From: Candidatus Eiseniibacteriota bacterium
Lineage (GTDB): Bacteria; Eisenbacteria; RBG-16-71-46; DASYSL01
Assembly (NCBI GenBank): GCA_046598045.1
Contig: JBKJJJ010000040.1
Location: 1-24,012, forward strand
Length of the DNA: 24,012 nt
Reading direction: 5' to 3'
Both the position numbers and the translations under genes were made by a program. Positions 15,232 to 22,837 of the stretch are shown here, piece by piece (the first letter of the stretch is position 1; every line of letters starts with the position of its first letter). A model generated the notes under the pieces. The model saw only the letters and a program-made list of their open reading frames with translations, was not told the origin of the DNA and did no database searches.

Positions 15232-16671
15232 GTGCCCACGAAGACCCGGAATCGAACCGCGGCCAAGCCCGCGAAGAAGAGCGCCCACTCGAAGAACGGC
15301 AGTCCGGCGGGCGGCGCGCACCGCATCGCATCGCAGAGCGAGGCCGCGAAGAAGCTTCGCCAGGAGGTGATCGACCGCGCCGATCGCCACCAGGTGCAGG
15401 TCGTGAACCTGTGGTTCACCGACATTCTCGGCCAGCTCAAGAGCTTCGTCGTGCCGCGCCACCAGCTCGAGGAAGCGCTCGAGGAGGGGCTCGGCCTCGA
15501 CGGTTCCTCGGTCGAAGGCTTCGCCCGCATCTTCGAGTCCGACCTGCTCGCGGTGCCGGATCCGCGCACGTTCGCGATCCTGCCGTTCCAGGTCGACGGC
15601 CAGGTGGCGTGCCGTTTCATCTGCGACATTCATCACCCCGACGGCCGTCCCTACCAGGGCGACCCGCGCTGGGTGCTGAGGAAGAACCTCGAGAAGATCG
15701 AGAAGAAGGGCCTCACGATGTACACGGGCCCCGAGCTGGAATACTTCTACGTCAAGTCGCCGACCGACCCGACGGTGCTCGACCATGCCGGTTACTTCGA
15801 CATGATCGACGACGACCTCGGCACCGAGCTGCGCCAGAAGACCATGGCCGCGATGGCGTCGATGGGCATCATCGTCGAGTGCGGGCACCACGAGGTCGCA
15901 CCCAGCCAGCACGAGATCGACCTGCGCTACACCGACGCGCTCACGATGGCCGACCAGGTGATGACCTATCGCTACCTGGTGCGCGAGATCGCGCGCCGGC
16001 ACAACGTCCACGCGACGTTCATGCCGAAGCCGATCTTCGGGACGAACGGATCGGGCATGCACGTGCACCAGTCGATCTTCGACGGCTCGAAGAACCTGAT
16101 GTACGAGAAGGGCGCGCCGTTCCACCTCTCGAAGTTCGCGCGCGCCTACACCGCGGGCGTGCTCAAGCACGCGCGCGAGCTGGTGTCGGTGACGAACCAG
16201 TGGGTGAACTCGTACAAGCGCCTGGTGCCGGGTTACGAGGCGCCGGCGTACCTGGCGTGGGGCCAGAAGAACCGCTCGGCGCTGATCCGCGTGCCGATGT
16301 ACAAGCCCGGCAACGAAAAGGCGACCCGCATCGAGGTGCGCTTCCCGGACCCGGCGGCGAACCCGTACCTCGCGTTCGCGGTGCTGCTCGCCGCGGGCAT
16401 GGCGGGCGTGAACGGCAAGTACGACCTGCGCGCGCCGATCGAGGAGGACGTCTATCACCTCACGCCCGAGCAGCGGAAGAAGCTCAACGTCGAGGAGCTT
16501 CCGGGATCGCTCGACGAGGCCGTCAAGCTGACCGAGAAGAGCTCGCTCGTGCGCGAATGCCTCGGAGAGCACGTGTACTCGAAGTTCATCGAGAACAAGC
16601 GCATCGAGTGGGACCAGTTCCGCATCCAGGTCACGAAGTACGAGGTCGAACGCTACATGCCGATGATCTAG
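15232..16671 (+). CDS. glnA: Glutamine synthetase type I (GSI-alpha-like)
   Basis: GTG after an AAGGAG SD. FTDILGQLK, DGSSVEGF, GPELEYF, HHEVAPSQHEI, TFMPKP, NGSGMHVHQS, NSYKRLVPGYEAP, NRSALIRVP, RIEVRFPDPAANPYL. Confidence 0.95.
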   Translation: MPTKTRNRTAAKPAKKSAHSKNGSPAGGAHRIASQSEAAKKLRQEVIDRADRHQVQVVNLWFTDILGQLKSFVVPRHQLEEALEEGLGLDGSSVEGFARIFESDLLAVPDPRTFAILPFQVDGQVACRFICDIHHPDGRPYQGDPRWVLRKNLEKIEKKGLTMYTGPELEYFYVKSPTDPTVLDHAGYFDMIDDDLGTELRQKTMAAMASMGIIVECGHHEVAPSQHEIDLRYTDALTMADQVMTYRYLVREIARRHNVHATFMPKPIFGTNGSGMHVHQSIFDGSKNLMYEKGAPFHLSKFARAYTAGVLKHARELVSVTNQWVNSYKRLVPGYEAPAYLAWGQKNRSALIRVPMYKPGNEKATRIEVRFPDPAANPYLAFAVLLAAGMAGVNGKYDLRAPIEEDVYHLTPEQRKKLNVEELPGSLDEAVKLTEKSSLVRECLGEHVYSKFIENKRIEWDQFRIQVTKYEVERYMPMI

Positions 16672-16735
16672 TTCGCCCGTGTGGCTCGCTCTGCGCGCTT
16701 GGATGCGCGCGGGGGGGCGTGGCGGTGGTGGTGCG

Positions 16736-16770
16736 CGGGGCGGACCGGGGTCGGTCCGCCCCGTTGTGTT
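16736..16770 (+). terminator. Intrinsic terminator after glnA
   Basis: Perfect 12-bp stem CGGGGCGGACCG (16736-16747) / CGGTCCGCCCCG (16752-16763), followed by TTGTGTT. Confidence 0.7.
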
Positions 16771-16821
16771 CGCGCGGGAGGACCGCGATGCAATCCTTGG
16801 GGATGAGCAAGGAGGGCAGGT

Positions 16822-17271
16822 ATGGCACGCAGCACTTCGAAGACGGTCGCGGCCTATCTCAAGGAGTTGCCGGCGGAGCGTCGCGCCGTGATTGCGGCGG
16901 TTCGCGACATGATCGTCAAGCACTTGCCGAAGGGATACGAGGAGACCATGGAGTGGGGCTTCCCGACCTACCGGGTCCCGCTCGCAAAGTACCCCGACAC
17001 CTACAACAAGCGCCCGCTCATGTACGCCGCGATTGCGGCCCAGAAGAACTTTTACGCGCTCTACCTGACGTGCTCCTACGGGGACCCGAAGCAGGTCGCG
17101 CTGGTCGAGGCCGCGTTCAAGAAGGCGGGCAGGAAGCTCGACGCGGGCAAGTCCTGCATCCGCTTCCGGAGCTTGGGCGACCTGCCGCTCCCGGCGCTCG
17201 GAAAGATCATCGCAAAGACCACCCCGGCGGCGCTGATCGGCCGCTACGAGAAATCGCGGGCGAAATCCTGA
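16822..17271 (+). CDS. DUF1801 (YdhG-like) protein
   Basis: AAGGAGG SD. TVAAYLKELPAERRAVIAAVRDMI, GYEETMEWGFPTY, IAAQKNFYALYL, DAGKSCIRF. Confidence 0.85.
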   Translation: MARSTSKTVAAYLKELPAERRAVIAAVRDMIVKHLPKGYEETMEWGFPTYRVPLAKYPDTYNKRPLMYAAIAAQKNFYALYLTCSYGDPKQVALVEAAFKKAGRKLDAGKSCIRFRSLGDLPLPALGKIIAKTTPAALIGRYEKSRAKS

Positions 17272-17368
17272 TCCGCCAGCGGGTTCGGCCCCGGCCTCGA
17301 AATCATTGCTCCGATCGCGGGGGTCGGCGCATCCTACCGTCCGTCCCGTCCCTCCAAGGAGGCTGTCC

Positions 17369-17779
17369 ATGCCGAGTTCGTTCCCGACGTCGCGCTTTGC
17401 CCCGCAACTCCTGAGCGTCCTCCGCATCGTCGGCGCGTTCCTGTTTCTCGCCCATGGCACGCTGAAGATCTTCGGCTTCCCGATCGCGCCGGGCGAGACC
17501 GCGCACCTCGCGCCGGTGGGCTCGCTGTTCTGGGGCGCCGGCTGGCTCGAGGTCGTCGGCGGCACGCTCGTCCTGCTCGGAGCGTTCACGCGCCCGGTCG
17601 CATTCCTCCTGTCGGGCGAGATGGCGGTTGCGTACTTCATGGCGCACGCATCGGACAGCTTCTGGCCGCTGATCAATCACGGCGAGGCCTCGGTGTTCTA
17701 CTGCTTCCTGTTCCTCTACCTGTCCGCTGCCGGCCCCGGGCCGTGGAGCGTCGACGCCGCACGCGGAGGTTCGAGATGA
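17369..17779 (+). CDS. DoxX-family membrane protein
   Basis: ATG after AAGGAGG. LRIVGAFLFLAHGTLKIFG, EVVGGTLVLLGAFTRPVAFLLSGEMAVAYFMAH, GPGPWSVD. Confidence 0.9.
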   Translation: MPSSFPTSRFAPQLLSVLRIVGAFLFLAHGTLKIFGFPIAPGETAHLAPVGSLFWGAGWLEVVGGTLVLLGAFTRPVAFLLSGEMAVAYFMAHASDSFWPLINHGEASVFYCFLFLYLSAAGPGPWSVDAARGGSR

Positions 17780-18324
17780 GCCGCACGGGAGGCATCACGC
17801 TCGTCCTGCTGGTCGCCATCAGTACACCCGCGTTCGCCAACCCCTGGCCCGAGCCGAAGTCGCCGGCGATTCCCGGCGCGAGCGGCTACGTCCCGATCCC
17901 GGGCGCGGTGATCCCGCCGGAGCCGGGCACGATCTACAAGGCCGTGTTCGACGCGCAGAAGAGCGCCGGCGCTCCGGGCGACCTTCTGCCCGCGCTCGAC
18001 ATGGCGGGCTCGGAGCTGAATGCGCTCGCGGTTGCCGGAATCCCGCTCGACCACGCGAAGTTCGCGATCGTGTTCCACGGCGGGGGGCTCGAAGGCATCC
18101 TCGACGACGCGCACTACAAGGCGAAGTTCGGCCGCGCGAACCCGAACCTGCCCGTCATCGCGCAGCTCAAGAAGGCCGGCGTCGGGCTCTACGTGTGCGG
18201 CCAGAACCTCGCGTTCGACCACGTCGACCCGGCCACGCTCACGCCCGACGTCAAGGTCGCGAGCGACGCATTGATCGTGCTCATGACGCTGCAGAACCAG
18301 GGCTACGCGCTGCTCAGTTACTGA
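17776..18324 (+). CDS. Exported DsrE/DsrF-like protein
   Basis: ATGA overlap with the DoxX gene. Signal peptide AFA|NP. YKAVFD, AIVFHG, NPNLPVIAQLKKAGVGLYVCGQN (Cys codon 18196-18198), LQNQGY. Confidence 0.8.
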   Translation: MSRTGGITLVLLVAISTPAFANPWPEPKSPAIPGASGYVPIPGAVIPPEPGTIYKAVFDAQKSAGAPGDLLPALDMAGSELNALAVAGIPLDHAKFAIVFHGGGLEGILDDAHYKAKFGRANPNLPVIAQLKKAGVGLYVCGQNLAFDHVDPATLTPDVKVASDALIVLMTLQNQGYALLSY

Positions 18325-18339
18325 CCCACGGAGGCCACG

Positions 18340-19194
18340 GTGAAGATTCGCGAGATCGCCACCACGATCGAACCGCAGGAGACGCGCGATGGCGCGGGGG
18401 TGCGCCTGCGCCGCACCATCGCGTCGCGCGCGCTCGACTACCTCGATCCGTTCCTGCTGCTCGACCACTTCGGATCCGAGAACGCGGCCGACTACGCGGC
18501 GGGCTTCCCGATGCACCCGCACCGCGGCATCGAGACCGTGACCTACATGCTGGAGGGCTCGGTGCGCCACAAGGACTCGACCGGGCGCGAGGGCGTGATC
18601 GGCGCGGGCGACATCCAGTGGATGTCGGCGGGACGCGCGATCCTGCACGAGGAGATGCCCGAGGTCGGCCCGAACGGCAACTTCGGCTTCCAGCTCTGGG
18701 TCAACCTGCCGAAGAGCCAGAAGATGTCGCGCCCGCGCTACCAGGAGTTCCGCGCCGCCGAAATCCCCGAGGTCACGCATGACGGCAGCCGCGTCAAGAT
18801 CGTCGCCGGAGAGGTCGAGGGCGTGAAGGGCGCGGTGACCGACATCGCCGCGCAGCCGACGTATCTCGACGTGCACATGCCCGAGGGCAGGCGCTTCACG
18901 ACCGGCGTGCCGCGCGGACACGCCGCGTTCGCCTACCTGTACGAGGGCGACGTGAGCTTCGGCGAGGAGGACGTGCGCGTGCAGGGTCCGCGCCTGGTCG
19001 TGTTCAAGGATGGCGACGCGGTGACGGCGATGCCGCTCGGCGGTCAGGCGCGCTTCCTCCTGGTGTCGGGCGCGCCGATCGGCGAGCCCATCGCGCGCTG
19101 GGGGCCGTTCGTCATGAACACGCGTGAGGAAATCGAGGAGACGCTCGACGAGTTGCGCGACGGCCGCTTTGCCGACATGGCGGCGGAACGCTGA
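18340..19194 (+). CDS. Pirin family protein
   Basis: GGAGG plus GTG. DPFLLLDHF, FPMHPHRGIETVTY, ILHEEMP, FQLWVNLP, GPFVMNT. Confidence 0.95.
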   Translation: MKIREIATTIEPQETRDGAGVRLRRTIASRALDYLDPFLLLDHFGSENAADYAAGFPMHPHRGIETVTYMLEGSVRHKDSTGREGVIGAGDIQWMSAGRAILHEEMPEVGPNGNFGFQLWVNLPKSQKMSRPRYQEFRAAEIPEVTHDGSRVKIVAGEVEGVKGAVTDIAAQPTYLDVHMPEGRRFTTGVPRGHAAFAYLYEGDVSFGEEDVRVQGPRLVVFKDGDAVTAMPLGGQARFLLVSGAPIGEPIARWGPFVMNTREEIEETLDELRDGRFADMAAER

Positions 19195-19201
19195 TCCTCG
19201 C

Positions 19202-19810
19202 ATGACGGTCCTCATCCGGCTGGCCACTCCGCAGGACGCGGCGGCGATCGCCGCGATCTACGCGCCGGCGGTGACCGAGCGCGCGACGTCGTTCGAGCTT
19301 GTCCCGCCGGGCGCGGAAGAGATGGCGAAGCGCATGGCGGGCGGCCACCCGGCGCATCCCTGGCTCGTGGCCGAGCAGGACGGCGTCGTGCTCGGCTACG
19401 CCTATGCCAGCCGGCACAAGGACCGTGCCGCATACGCGTGGTCGGTCGACGTGTCGGTCTACGTGCTTCCCGATGCGCACCGCATGGGGGTGGGGCGCGG
19501 GCTCTACACCGCGCTGCTTGGGGTCCTCACGCTCCAGGGCTACCGCCGAGCCCACGCGGGCGCGACGCTGCCGAACCCCGGCAGCACCGGGCTGCACGAG
19601 GCGATGGGATTCCGGCCGGTGGGCGTGTACGAAAGCGTGGGCTACAAGTTCGGCCAGTGGCATGATGTGGCCTGGTTCGCGCGCCCACTCGCGCCGCTGG
19701 GCGACGCCCCGCCGCCACTCACGACCGCCGAGGCGGCGCGCCTGCCCGGCTTCGACGAGGCGCTGCGCGCGGGCGCCGCCTGCATCCACCTTGAAGGAGA
19801 ACCTTCGTGA
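19202..19810 (+). CDS. GNAT N-acetyltransferase (phosphinothricin/arsinothricin acetyltransferase PAT/ArsN1-like)
   Basis: IAAIYAPAV..ATSFE..PP..EEM, PWLVAE, GYAYAS....RAAY.WSVDVSVY, GVGRGLY, LPNPGS..LHEAMGF, VGYKFGQWHDV. Confidence 0.85.
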   Translation: MTVLIRLATPQDAAAIAAIYAPAVTERATSFELVPPGAEEMAKRMAGGHPAHPWLVAEQDGVVLGYAYASRHKDRAAYAWSVDVSVYVLPDAHRMGVGRGLYTALLGVLTLQGYRRAHAGATLPNPGSTGLHEAMGFRPVGVYESVGYKFGQWHDVAWFARPLAPLGDAPPPLTTAEAARLPGFDEALRAGAACIHLEGEPS

Positions 19811-20331
19811 ACCTGCCGCATCCCGTTCCCGGCGAATACCACCCTCACTTCCAGCGCTACGTCGATCGCGTGACCGAGAGTGACATCCCCGCCACGTTCG
19901 AGGCGCAGATCGGCGAGGTGCGGGCCGCGCTCGGCGCGCTGCCCGTCGAGCGCGAAACCCATCGCTACGAGCCCGGCAAATGGAGCGTGCGCCAGGTGCT
20001 CGGCCACATGCTCGACACCGAGCGCATTCTCGGTTACCGCATGCTGGCGGTCGCAAGGGGCGAGTCGCAGTCGCTGCCGGGCTTCGACGAGAACGCCTAC
20101 GCGCTCGTCGCCGGCCACGACCGGACGAAGCTCAAGGACCTGCTCGACGAGTTCGAGCACGTGCGGCTGAGCCACATCGCGCTGCTGCGCGGGTTCGACG
20201 ACCTCGCGCTCGCGCGCGTCGGCAACGCGAACGGCAACCCGATCGTGGCGCGCGCGTTCCCGTTCCTGATGATCGGACATGTGCGGCACCACCTCGCGGT
20301 GCTGGCGTCCAAGTACGGCGTGCCGCGCTGA
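19807..20331 (+). CDS. DinB/YfiT-family protein
   Basis: GTGA overlap. RYEPGKWSVRQVLGHMLDTERI, LPGFDENAY, GHVRHH (His-triad metal site). Confidence 0.9.
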   Translation: MNLPHPVPGEYHPHFQRYVDRVTESDIPATFEAQIGEVRAALGALPVERETHRYEPGKWSVRQVLGHMLDTERILGYRMLAVARGESQSLPGFDENAYALVAGHDRTKLKDLLDEFEHVRLSHIALLRGFDDLALARVGNANGNPIVARAFPFLMIGHVRHHLAVLASKYGVPR

Positions 20332-20377
20332 ACGCGCCCCACGAGTGGCGGCTCGCACAGCGCGGGACGCCGCAGCC

Positions 20378-21280
20378 GTGATCGCGGTCGTCGGGGCGGG
20401 GGCGGTCGGCAGCTACTTCGGCGGCATGCTCGCGCGCGCCGGGGAGCCGGTGACGCTGATCGGCCGCGCGGCGCACGTGGCTCAGGTCCGCGCGCACGGC
20501 CTGCGCATCGAGAGCCTGGCGTGGGACGAGCACATCCCCGCGCTGGCCTCGACCGATCTCGCCGACGCCCGAGCGGCGGACCTCGTGTTGTTCTGCGTCA
20601 AGGCAGGAGACACGGCGGCGGTCGGCCGCGCGCTCGCCGGCGAGCTCGCGCCCGGCACGCCGGTGGTGAGCCTGCAGAACGGCATCGAGAACGCCGACCT
20701 CTTGGGCGCGGCCGGCCTCGCCGCGGTGCCCGCGGTGGTCTACGTGGCGGCCGCGATCGTGGAACCCGGCCACGTGCGCCATACCGGGCGCGGCGACCTG
20801 ATCCTCGAGGCGCCACGCGAGGCGCCTGCCCGCGAGCGGCTTGCGGCGTTCGCCGCCACGTGCGCACGCGCCGGCGTGCCCTGCGTGGTGAAGGAGGATC
20901 TCGCGCCCGACCTGTGGACCAAGCTCGTGCTCAATTGCGCGTTCAATGCCGTGTCCGCGCTCGGCCAGGCAAACTATGGCGCGATCGCCGCGCACGCCGA
21001 AGCGCGCGCGATCGTGGCCCGCGCGGTCGAGGAGGCGAAGGAGGTCGCGATCGCCGCCGGCGTGCGCTTGCCGGAGGGCGACCTGCTCGAGGCCACGTGG
21101 CGACTCGCGGGCGCGATGCCGATGGCGACCTCATCGACCGCACAGGACCTCGCGCGCGGGCGCCGCACGGAAATCGACGCGCTCAACGGCTACGTCGCGC
21201 GCCGTGGCGCCGAACTCGGCGTGCCCACGCCGGTGAACCAGGCGCTGACCGCCCTCGTGAAATTGCGCGAGGACTCGTAA
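20378..21280 (+). CDS. panE: Ketopantoate reductase family protein (PanE/ApbA)
   Basis: GAGAVG Rossmann motif, FCVK, SLQNG, LWTKLVLN, SSTAQDLARGRRTEIDALNG. Start is GTG 20378 or GTG 20345. Confidence 0.85.
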   Translation: MIAVVGAGAVGSYFGGMLARAGEPVTLIGRAAHVAQVRAHGLRIESLAWDEHIPALASTDLADARAADLVLFCVKAGDTAAVGRALAGELAPGTPVVSLQNGIENADLLGAAGLAAVPAVVYVAAAIVEPGHVRHTGRGDLILEAPREAPARERLAAFAATCARAGVPCVVKEDLAPDLWTKLVLNCAFNAVSALGQANYGAIAAHAEARAIVARAVEEAKEVAIAAGVRLPEGDLLEATWRLAGAMPMATSSTAQDLARGRRTEIDALNGYVARRGAELGVPTPVNQALTALVKLREDS

Positions 21281-21283
21281 CCG

Positions 21284-21373
21284 ATGATCGAACTCGCGCT
21301 CGACGACGCGCGCCTGCGGCCGCGGCGCGGGACCGACGTGGCGCGTTTCGTCGGCGGGACCCGGTTCCCGTGA
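21284..21373 (+). CDS. 29-aa small ORF, possible gene remnant (MIELALDDARLRPRRGTDVARFVGGTRFP)
   Basis: ATG 3 nt after the panE stop with GAGGA upstream. Its TGA overlaps the GTG of the DMT gene, so it fills the gap. Confidence 0.45.
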   Translation: MIELALDDARLRPRRGTDVARFVGGTRFP

Positions 21374-22203
21374 ACGCCGGCACGCTGCTGCTCACGGCCT
21401 GCGCGCTGCTCGCGTTCGCGGGGAACTCGCTGCTCTGCCGGGCCGCGATCGGCGGCCACGCGATCGATCCCGCCTCCTTCACGTTCGTGCGCATCCTCTC
21501 GGGCGCTGCGGTCCTGCTCGTGCTCGCGCGCGGACGCACGCGGCAACTCGACCCGAAGCGCGCGCACTTCCGCGCGGCGCTTCCGCTTGCGGTCTACGCG
21601 ATCGCGTTCGCTCTTGCCTACGTGGGCCTGTCCGCCGGGACGGGCGCGCTCCTCCTGTTCGGCAGCGTCCAGCTCACGATGCTGATCGCCGCGTGGCGCA
21701 AGGGCGAGCGTCCGCAGGCCCGCGAATGGCTCGGCATCGCGCTCGCGCTCCTGGGCCTCGCGTGGCTCGTCGCGCCGGGCCTGTCGGCGCCGCCGGTGGC
21801 CTCGGCCGCACTCATGGCGCTCGCGGGCGTGGCGTGGGGCGTGTACTCGCTGCACGGCCGCGGCGCGACCGACGCCGTCGCCGAGACCGCCTCGAACTTC
21901 GTCGGCGCGCTGCCGTTCGTCGCGCTCGCGACGCTGTTGCCCGGGCCGCCGCGGCTCCTGAGCTGGCCCGGATTTGGTCTCGCGGTCGCGTCGGGGGCGC
22001 TCACCTCGGGGCTCGGCTACGCGCTGTGGTACCGCGCGCTGCCCCGGCTCACGGCCGTGCGCGCCTCGGCGGTCCAGCTGGCCGTGCCCGCGCTCGCGGC
22101 GCTCGGCGGCGTGCTGCTGCTGGGCGAGCACCTGTCGCCGCGGCTCGTGCTCTCGGCCGCGTTGATTCTGGGCGGGATCGGCCTCACACTGGTCCGGCGA
22201 TGA
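21370..22203 (+). CDS. DMT/EamA-family transporter
   Basis: About 10 hydrophobic segments. LAFAGNSLLCRAA, IDPASFT.VRILSGA, GTGALLLFGSVQLTM, GYALWYRALP, LLGE. Start GTG 21370. Confidence 0.9.
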   Translation: MNAGTLLLTACALLAFAGNSLLCRAAIGGHAIDPASFTFVRILSGAAVLLVLARGRTRQLDPKRAHFRAALPLAVYAIAFALAYVGLSAGTGALLLFGSVQLTMLIAAWRKGERPQAREWLGIALALLGLAWLVAPGLSAPPVASAALMALAGVAWGVYSLHGRGATDAVAETASNFVGALPFVALATLLPGPPRLLSWPGFGLAVASGALTSGLGYALWYRALPRLTAVRASAVQLAVPALAALGGVLLLGEHLSPRLVLSAALILGGIGLTLVRR

Positions 22204-22670
22204 TCGAAAAGGAACTGGTACGCGTCCTGCGCGCGCAGTTCGCGCTCGAGTGGGAGGGGATCCACGGTGCGCCCCACTGGGCGCGCGTGCGGGTCAACGG
22301 CCTGCGTCTCGCCGAGGCCACAGGCGCGAACGCGCGCGTGGTCGAGTTGTTCGCGTTCCTGCACGACTCCCGGCGCGAAAACGACGGTTGGGATCCCGAG
22401 CACGGCGTGCGCGCGGCGCGGCTGGCGCGCAAGCTGGCGGGCGTCGCGTTCGAGCTCGATGCCCGGGAGCTGGCGCTGCTCGAGGCGGCCTGCCGGGACC
22501 ACAGCGAGGGCGGCACCGAGGGCGACATCACCGTGCTCACCTGTTGGGACGCGGACCGGCTCGACCTCGGGCGCGTCGGCGTGCGTCCCGAGCCGCGGCG
22601 CTTGTGCACGGTCGCCGCGCGCGATCCCGTGACGATCGAGTGGGCGTACCAGCGCAGCCTGGGGAGGTAG
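22200..22670 (+). CDS. HD-domain metal-dependent phosphohydrolase, 156 aa
   Basis: ATGA overlap. HGAPHWARV, FLHDSRR, EHG, DHS, CWDADRLDL. Confidence 0.85.
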   Translation: MIEKELVRVLRAQFALEWEGIHGAPHWARVRVNGLRLAEATGANARVVELFAFLHDSRRENDGWDPEHGVRAARLARKLAGVAFELDARELALLEAACRDHSEGGTEGDITVLTCWDADRLDLGRVGVRPEPRRLCTVAARDPVTIEWAYQRSLGR

Positions 22671-22674
22671 CACG

Positions 22675-22836
22675 ATGCTGAAGCTGATGACCTGGACCGG
22701 CGCGACCGTGGGCAGCGCCCTGGGCTGGTGGGCGCTGTCGCGGCTGGGACTCTTCGCTTCCTTCATGGGCAGCATCGTCGGCACGGCGGTCGGGCTCTAC
22801 GTCGGGCGTCGGCTCGCGCTGCACTGGGGGGCGTGA
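22675..22836 (+). CDS. 53-aa small membrane protein with two Gly-rich helices
   Basis: GGAGG at 22663-22667, ATG at 22675. MLKLMTWTGATVGSALGWWALSRLGLFASFMGSIVGTAVGLYVGRRLALHWGA. GC3-biased codons. Fills the gap between the HD and ICMT genes and is absent from the ORF track. Confidence 0.8.
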   Translation: MLKLMTWTGATVGSALGWWALSRLGLFASFMGSIVGTAVGLYVGRRLALHWGA

Positions 22837-22837
22837 C

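Noticed and set aside
15157..17676. 839-aa antisense ORF across glnA, DUF1801 and DoxX
   Set aside because: Antisense shadow of strongly GC3-biased genes with no recognisable domain. It crosses a terminator and intergenic DNA.
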